NCBI GenBank assembly: GCA_032718475.1
Contig: JAUCBJ010007607.1
Location: 62,001 to 126,000, forward strand
From: Nemertoderma westbladi
Lineage: Eukaryota; Animalia; Xenacoelomorpha
Reading direction: 5' to 3'
Length of the DNA: 64,000 nt
The stretch's first letter is position 1, and each line of letters begins with the position of its first letter. Made by a program: the position numbers and the translations under genes. Shown piece after piece: positions 59,301 to 64,000 of this stretch. The notes beneath the pieces are model-generated. The model was not told where the DNA came from and made no database searches. It saw nothing but the letters and a program-made list of their open reading frames with translations.

Positions 59301-62267
59301 CTACAAGACTATACCATACCGAGGGTATACTTTCCTTTACAAACCACCTTTCCTGCTGATTTAGAGCTTCACAGCTTTAGTGACGCTAGCAAGGATGGAT
59401 TGGGGGTTACCTTATACCTTAGACGACAAGTGACATCGGACAGCTACGATGTATCTCTCGTTACTTCAAGGGCTAGAACAATGCCATTGAAGTATATGAC
59501 TGTACCTCGTGGGGAGCTGCAAGCCGGGACGATATCCACCGATATTGTCAGTCTAGTTCAACGCGAGCTGGAGGCTAACTTGAAGGTCACATATTGGACG
59601 GATGCGACGTTGGTACTTTGGTACATAAACAACGAAACATTTGAGTTCAAGACTTTCGTAGCCAACAGACGGGCTGAAATACTAGACCGGTCGCTCAAAC
59701 AAGATTGGCGTCACTGTCCAGGGAAGCTGAACCCAGCTGACATCGCGTCACGGGGGATGCAACCACTTGACTTTTGTAAACCGGACAATAAATCCTTTTG
59801 GTTTAGAGGACCCGATTTCCTACAGCGACCATCAGACGAATGGCCACCGTTATTCGACGCGACAACCAACACCATACCAGAGGGTGCCGAGATAAAACTC
59901 GACAAGGTTGTCAAGTCTAAAGCGAAAGCCAACGCCAAGGTCAAGAGGAAAAAAGGACGGACGAAATCTGATGACCTGGACGCCAGACCTGACATTACGC
60001 CAGACGTCTCGCCAGACACTCGACCAGACGCTTGTACGAATCCTTCGCCGGATGTTCCGCGGGAGATTTCACCAGACGTTTCGCCGGATTGTTCACCAGA
60101 TTACTCGCCAGACTATTCACCAGAAGAGACACCAGATTGTTCTCCGGATTGTTCGCCAGATTGTTTGATGGAACTCTCGACAGAATGTCTACCGGACGTC
60201 TCACCAGACTGTTCACCAGACATCTCGACAGACTGTCCACCAGACTGTCTACCAGATTTTAGACCAGACTTTCTGACAGAAGTTACGCTAGACAGACTTT
60301 GGGACCGACGACAGGACATTTCGCCGGATGTTCCGCGCTATGTCTCACCAGACGTCTCACCAGACTGTTCACCAGACGCTTCACCAGACTGTCTACTAGA
60401 CACTCCATTAGAAGACCCATTGGAGCGGATCTTTAGAGACGTACCGAATTTGACTTCTTTGGACGACAGAGATGTGGCCACAGGGATTACACTCCGCTCG
60501 AAGAAGGTACTTGACTTACCTACAGGTAAAGTGGTGACTAAGGTTAGGAAGCTTACAGGCTCACAGGAACACACTGACACTGTAGAGTTGAAACCATTAC
60601 TGCCAGTCGACACATTAGGTGCGGACGGCAAAGGTAAGACCGTAGAGATTGACGTACTTGGGGACTCAGACAAACCTACCGGAAGGCCCGTGGGCCTACC
60701 AAGTCCAGACAAGTATCCACACTACGACTACACCTTACCCGATGACGTCACTAACACTTACGTTGACAGGATAGTGAACCTAACTAGATCATGGACTGAC
60801 GCGTGCCGCAAGTTAGCATGGCTCAAACGATTGAGACAATATGCCAGAGGCAAACGCGACTTTCCTAGAAGACTTACCTTAAAGGAAATTGACCACTGTG
60901 AAGTTGATATCATTAGACATTATCAATTGCGATATTTCGCACGAGAGTTCACAGCGATCAAACAAGGTAAACAGATTAAGTCTTCACCGATTTTGAGTTG
61001 GAGTCCGATTATTTACCGGGGCTTACTTTGTCACAAGTCCAGACTCCAAAACATCGACTTTGCACTTGACTTTAGGTATCCTATCATCATACCGCAACAC
61101 CATGAGTTACAGCGCGCTATGATACTGGACGCACATGTACAACTCAAACACGTAGGTAGACACCACTGTCTATCACACTTACGCTCGAGGTTTGTACTGA
61201 TTAGACCTAGTAAGGCACTGAGTTCGGTAACACGGAACTGTATTATTTGTAAGAAGGTGCACGCGAGGATAGGACACCAAGAAATGAGTGAACTACCATT
61301 AGCTAGATTACAGGCATTTAGACCCCCTTTCACTGAGACAGGGATAGACTGTTTTGGACCCATAATCGCGAAACGCGGAAGGGTACAGGTAAAACGTTGG
61401 GGATTGATCTTCACTTGCATGGCCAGCAGAGCTGTCCATATAGAGCGAGTGACAGACTTGTCCACCAATGCCTTTATCCTAGCCTTACGGCGATTTATCG
61501 CTAGACGTGGATTGGTCAAATCCATATACTGCGACCAAGGGACAAACTTTGTGGGTGCACGGAACGAGATAACCAGAGCTTTGAGAAAATTGGACCAAAA
61601 CCAGATTTCCGAGGAACTACGTCCTCACCGTATTGTTTGGTTTTTCAATACTCCAGACAGTCCGTGGAGAGGCGGCGTTTGGGAAAGGCTGATTGGCTCA
61701 ATAAAGACAGCTATGGCTAAAGTCGTACCGACGCAACACATCTTGACAGACGACCAACTGACGACGTTACTAATAGAAATCGAAGCAATCTTAAATACCA
61801 GACCGATCGCTTTGATCCCAGACAATAACGACGTACAGTTTGCCTTGACACCAGCGCACCTGCTTATGCAGGCGCCGACGACACTGTTGCCCATTTCGGT
61901 ACCCGTTGATAGTGACGGATACGGCAACAAGGCTTGGAAAATCACTCAATTGCTTGCAAATAAATTCTGGGAAATATGGCAGAAATATTATTTGCCCTCT
62001 ATTTCGACCAGAACCTCTTGGTATCTAAATACCCGGTGTTTAAAACGTGGTGACCATGTTTTATTGGCTGAAGCCAATCTGAGAAGACGGTTTTGGCTGA
62101 CTGGAGTCATTTTGACCACGCACCCTACATCTGGTGTAGTGAGAACAGTTACTGTACGGACTATCGACGGACGTACCGTAGATAGGCCTGTACAACGTCT
62201 CGTACTCCTTGAGGAGACTAGAAACGAGACGGGAGACTACAAATCTCCACCCAATATTAGTAAATAG
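53352..62267 (+). CDS. BEL/Pao gag-pol polyprotein, 2971 aa
   Basis: DUF1759 (PKFSGNAKHW), three Cys/His knuckles, protease AILDSAS, RT YYLPHH/KVRVV/FYVDD, RNase H HSFSDAS...NPADIASRG, integrase H-H-C-C/GIDCFGP/DQGTNF/GGVWERLI, C-terminal DRPVQRLVLL. Confidence 0.97.
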   Translation: MSDTPHSTRYPPTDYDSCDPDRSTVDEPRRRTRDSTDVTPLASPVPRTEIPEAATRGDGRIEDFLTVPQTRSREPDMVSSTGSQENVIRSIGGHMAQITRNLGEGFRVLRELTAPMSRYEFYTLQVRIESRVHASVDKLKGLHELAELRGDNFTQVKIVDKLVSARESLIQFKSVIRLAQQEQFDQLLGESVSDALLQPEEEEELYCLDGRLETLTNFLRRCGVPIDEPEVEPRGTTEVLTTEGSRAYQHPPRDRSFVSVRSDVGNVGDVSRTASGITRQQQEVARRQQVAEEEARHQMAQIAIEGEKQRREDEARIAQLKAQAEFEASEMRRLEEDLAREAAADELARQKAASDARAKLEARQINARLAIQEAELAAQQQDADRREREMQLQFELNRRSRETANAQADLELDARDRSMRSRTGHDLSALDRMEARYRGIQKRIEEGSVGAIDRGEEFVADYCKRFPQVIPMLKPTTPIKPVFVTKPKEITPVRSTQGNRFVVTELPQPRATSSPILAGNITSPPTVSRSLLVGREEPAFMTIKQVSKPLQVKPVTCCANPVIYRPTTKPDYFTRPLTQCSTQPTTSWKACEPTELRRRMDVGSTHGIGQRIARPTTSWKACEPNELRRRMDVGSTHGIGQRIARPTTSWKACEPTEQRRAVDSGPQRTRPRIIRRTRTRQPPYPDDSDSSSDSESTEREVFRTGAAEDCKREERSTNPYIDNPPRETPQQKPTLKPAETISAKQFTEMTDRIAQLEERLEAQPSDRSRTSVELEQPRQHRPPRREQETRRTPTHREEDPVNNSYRRTTRGRERLDDATEQGRGQLDLVSEIAKFAARHGLPAQQPPKFSGNAKHWRTLVDYVESQIAKYAFTSTEKFNYLLQVLSGEPKRLAETFIGVPDAFELAYDRLYSIYGGNVAMAKSIIEDLCRGGNISRPIDLLRLADEIKNAIGTLRSIGQLEYANAPTVLIRIIGRLHHRLRREWRRIEYQREEAGGLLKLTDVYQLISREAVIETRSNYTDHHIAAEGIAVSAPNRTKPFPTNAKAVTYATPTETSKVLTPIGTTQPRQQLPADFVGCSYCERNGRNHSGHKLRGCRAFKELGIEERRLQIRSLDSCWRCMKIGHVRKDCPSDDTCSLCGRNHDALLHTTSHTPTRRFRQEHPDKAARCDALYKERAPREIRTFYTDCMDQSGSSDEDEEEDDTFYVHAGEEQPSITLLTQNQLKGFSVIPIKITGTRGSKRIYAILDSASSHSYVDEQVADVVTDLSQGKTAQYTVSSMHGKRAIPVTRVKLTLDTLLSKAEHSKEERSLLPVRNLTFAATKDFSNLLGPVPEQSPEDRKYFRHLGIPECPVNYCSIAMLIGTDQFNLHQVWETRPSVITAGNPYACRTPIGWYTRAPIRSLEVSDQEDDVLSTCSLLTNTIDNSPSHSCGPIVRTALRQTCVTHADATDTDVTDLDTTIRTSDLQLLAVDQVVLTTEDLRVVAVDDSMNEDFGRLASLPKNPKVIDPTHQASTPVVDLGRLASLPIDQEVVKPPHDDSTPTSDTGRLASLPDTLTLATAADEDVDEDHGAVQAALDRLLTERTIQWLEQDSAEPGSYETAMSEQEKRSLNIMRDTIRQTANGHYEVGMLWRDGQPKLVNNYPLALRRLKSIRQRLLRDETAHMQYNAQLQTYLQRGYAIRMLNPEVTTDQTYYLPHHFVRHPDKPGKVRVVNDCAALYQGMSMNSEMMDGPNMNNYLMGVLMRFRQRKVAFTCDVEAMFHQVKALERDRDSLRFLWYPDGNLQLPPETYQMQVRVFGARDSPNCTTALDRRDQFDPEVVRTVERDFYVDDGLKSCDTLEHATTVAHQLQDCLAEGGFHLTKFASNEPELVNSFDPTDRSGGDLDLDLEPLPTTKVLGLSWDPNTDNFRVRVRSNDQTRPLTKRTCLSTMSRLYDPLCFISPVILHARIILRSIWQAGLEWDDPIPEKLAERWRDWEAQLTFLQDYTIPRVYFPLQTTFPADLELHSFSDASKDGLGVTLYLRRQVTSDSYDVSLVTSRARTMPLKYMTVPRGELQAGTISTDIVSLVQRELEANLKVTYWTDATLVLWYINNETFEFKTFVANRRAEILDRSLKQDWRHCPGKLNPADIASRGMQPLDFCKPDNKSFWFRGPDFLQRPSDEWPPLFDATTNTIPEGAEIKLDKVVKSKAKANAKVKRKKGRTKSDDLDARPDITPDVSPDTRPDACTNPSPDVPREISPDVSPDCSPDYSPDYSPEETPDCSPDCSPDCLMELSTECLPDVSPDCSPDISTDCPPDCLPDFRPDFLTEVTLDRLWDRRQDISPDVPRYVSPDVSPDCSPDASPDCLLDTPLEDPLERIFRDVPNLTSLDDRDVATGITLRSKKVLDLPTGKVVTKVRKLTGSQEHTDTVELKPLLPVDTLGADGKGKTVEIDVLGDSDKPTGRPVGLPSPDKYPHYDYTLPDDVTNTYVDRIVNLTRSWTDACRKLAWLKRLRQYARGKRDFPRRLTLKEIDHCEVDIIRHYQLRYFAREFTAIKQGKQIKSSPILSWSPIIYRGLLCHKSRLQNIDFALDFRYPIIIPQHHELQRAMILDAHVQLKHVGRHHCLSHLRSRFVLIRPSKALSSVTRNCIICKKVHARIGHQEMSELPLARLQAFRPPFTETGIDCFGPIIAKRGRVQVKRWGLIFTCMASRAVHIERVTDLSTNAFILALRRFIARRGLVKSIYCDQGTNFVGARNEITRALRKLDQNQISEELRPHRIVWFFNTPDSPWRGGVWERLIGSIKTAMAKVVPTQHILTDDQLTTLLIEIEAILNTRPIALIPDNNDVQFALTPAHLLMQAPTTLLPISVPVDSDGYGNKAWKITQLLANKFWEIWQKYYLPSISTRTSWYLNTRCLKRGDHVLLAEANLRRRFWLTGVILTTHPTSGVVRTVTVRTIDGRTVDRPVQRLVLLEETRNETGDYKSPPNISK

Positions 62268-63705
62268 ATGTGGGACCTTTGTTGGCCGCCACATAGACCT
62301 ACTGTATTTTAGTTATTTGTATTTGTATTACTGTACGTGCATTTGTAATCCTCTTCACTGTAGATAGAGACAGCGGTGGAATTCCATTGTCTTTATACGT
62401 GAACATGGAGGGTAGTACCCTTATGTATCACATAGGAGCGGGATTGTGTGTACAGTAGGAATGGAATTCCACTTGGAACCCACAAGTGAGACAATTTTTC
62501 AAAAATTATTAGACAAATCCATTTATTTGGATTTAAATTTAAGAAAAACGATTCTCCAGTGAAAGCAAATTCTAGAATACAGCTAGATAAAATTAAAATT
62601 GGGGAGGACAAGAGCGGATGGAAGGCTTGCGAGCCTACCGATAAATTTTTTTTTTGGAAAAGAAAATCGGTCTTGTTCTACGTAGTCGTGTCTACTATTA
62701 TTTTGACCAATTAATTCTCGACTGCATACCTAAAGAGGTGAGGTCTCTATAGGGGTGTGCAGAACAGGCGGCGGCGGACTCGTGAGGGTCTAGGGGCACG
62801 TTAAATCTGAATTATAGTGCTAGGGAGTCACTGAAGGCCCTCGTGTCTAACGAACCATGGATCGACATGGTGCCGTGGTTCCGTCTAGTCGGCCTGTTGC
62901 CGTACTGCCAGTCCTGTACACAGTAGGGGTGGTGGCATGGCGTGATTTGTGGCTCATGTGGCGTGAACTATGTTTTGTATGTGGGCGATCAGTGGCAGTT
63001 TGCTTGGGGCTTGGATGGTTCCATTGGCCGTCAGCTGTTCCGTTTTTTTGATACTATATGTTATTGTCTCCATGTTCAGCTGATTGGTCTTTGGTGGCAT
63101 TGGAAAAACCGTCGGGTCTTGAGTTTTCTGTTGCTGTGGGTACGTGAGTACACGTGATTGTATGTGTGGCCACTGCGAGTGAGTATGGGAACCCTTGCCA
63201 GTTGGTCCAGACGCCGCTGGTATTAGTAGGACCATATCTCTACTGCGCCCCAGCATACTTTGTGCACACAAAGTTATTTTGCCCTGTCGGCAAAATAAGG
63301 TACTCTCGATTAGCCTGTTAATCGATACAATTTGTCCCCTCTGATTTTGTCTTTCTCGATTTTGACCCCGATTTTGTCCTTACCCGATTATGTCATCTGT
63401 GTGTGCATGGTGCGTGGTTCGATTCTGTGCTTACCGTTGTGTACTTGATTTCGTGAACATCTGTTGAGTACACGTGTACAGTGACTGGTAAGTGGTTACT
63501 TGTTCAGTAGCTTTTGAGCTACAGACAGTATTGTCTTTTCAATACTGCCGGCGAGGCAGGTGAAAACGTGTCAAAATTCCAATGTTGGGTAGCGCAAGCC
63601 CAAGCCAAAAGCCAACAAACTCTGGAGTCACCTCACATCTAACCTCTATTTTGTGCTTCATCTAGTAGAAACGTAACGATATGTAACCGCATATATTCGT
63701 ATACG

Positions 63706-64000
63706 ATGGCGGAGAAGATGTATAAAGAGTTACGTCAAGGGTTTACGCAAGAACAGGAGCACCAGGCGCCATTCAATCGTTATGGAGCTAAAAACTTTAG
63801 TGTGTTTGGAGTGGAGAGTATGGCTAGGAGTACGGCCAAGCTCGCTAAATCCAAGGCGGACCCGAATGTTACGCGACAGCGGTTGGACGCATACAACAAA
63901 AGAACGGAGGAATTACGCGCGGAATACAATGCGTTATATCCCTACGATGCGTTATGCGACGCTAGCGACATTTGCGAGGATCCAGACACCGAAATACGCC
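63706..64000 (+). CDS. additional ORF of unknown function downstream of pol, open to the window end
   Basis: 98 open codons MAEKMYKELRQGFTQEQEHQAPFNRYG...; base composition like gag-pol; preceded by CTAAC, a pyrimidine tract and TAG (63663-63665). Confidence 0.55.
   Translation, partial: MAEKMYKELRQGFTQEQEHQAPFNRYGAKNFSVFGVESMARSTAKLAKSKADPNVTRQRLDAYNKRTEELRAEYNALYPYDALCDASDICEDPDTEIR

Larger units (their letters stand above)
50215..64000 (+). mobile_element. BEL/Pao LTR retrotransposon 2 (>13.7 kb, 3' end outside window)
   Basis: LTR/PBS, 2.5-kb leader, single gag-pol ORF, long 3' region. Confidence 0.9.

Noticed and set aside
53393-62294. Many short antisense and alternative-frame ORFs within gag-pol
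   Set aside because: Expected shadows of a long, GC-richer ORF; no independent motifs

Overview
AT-rich, repeat-dense animal (invertebrate-like) genomic DNA with spliceosomal introns; it is not prokaryotic. One host gene appears intact: a ~9-exon GLIS1/3-family C2H2 zinc-finger gene (+, 32964-46732). There is also a frameshifted CBARP-like gene relic (~24.1-25.6 kb). The rest is mobile DNA and tandem repeats: two BEL/Pao LTR retrotransposons (one on - running off the left edge, one on + with a 2971-aa gag-pol), a third BEL LTR in a GLIS intron, CR1-group and RTE LINEs, an RT-deleted LINE, TIR elements (Kolobok-like, Transib/Chapaev-like, DINE-like) and an ~8.8-kb composite satellite block. 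The most striking signal is in the + strand BEL element. A 20-nt hairpin, GGAAGGCTTGCGAGCCTACC, occurs 9 times, in all three codon phases and in non-coding sequence, with one compensatory base-pair change. The same element has a tRNA-like Pol III promoter in its probable LTR, an xSPD-repeat insert in Pol, and an extra, probably spliced ORF downstream of pol. All family assignments come from recalled motifs, not database searches.
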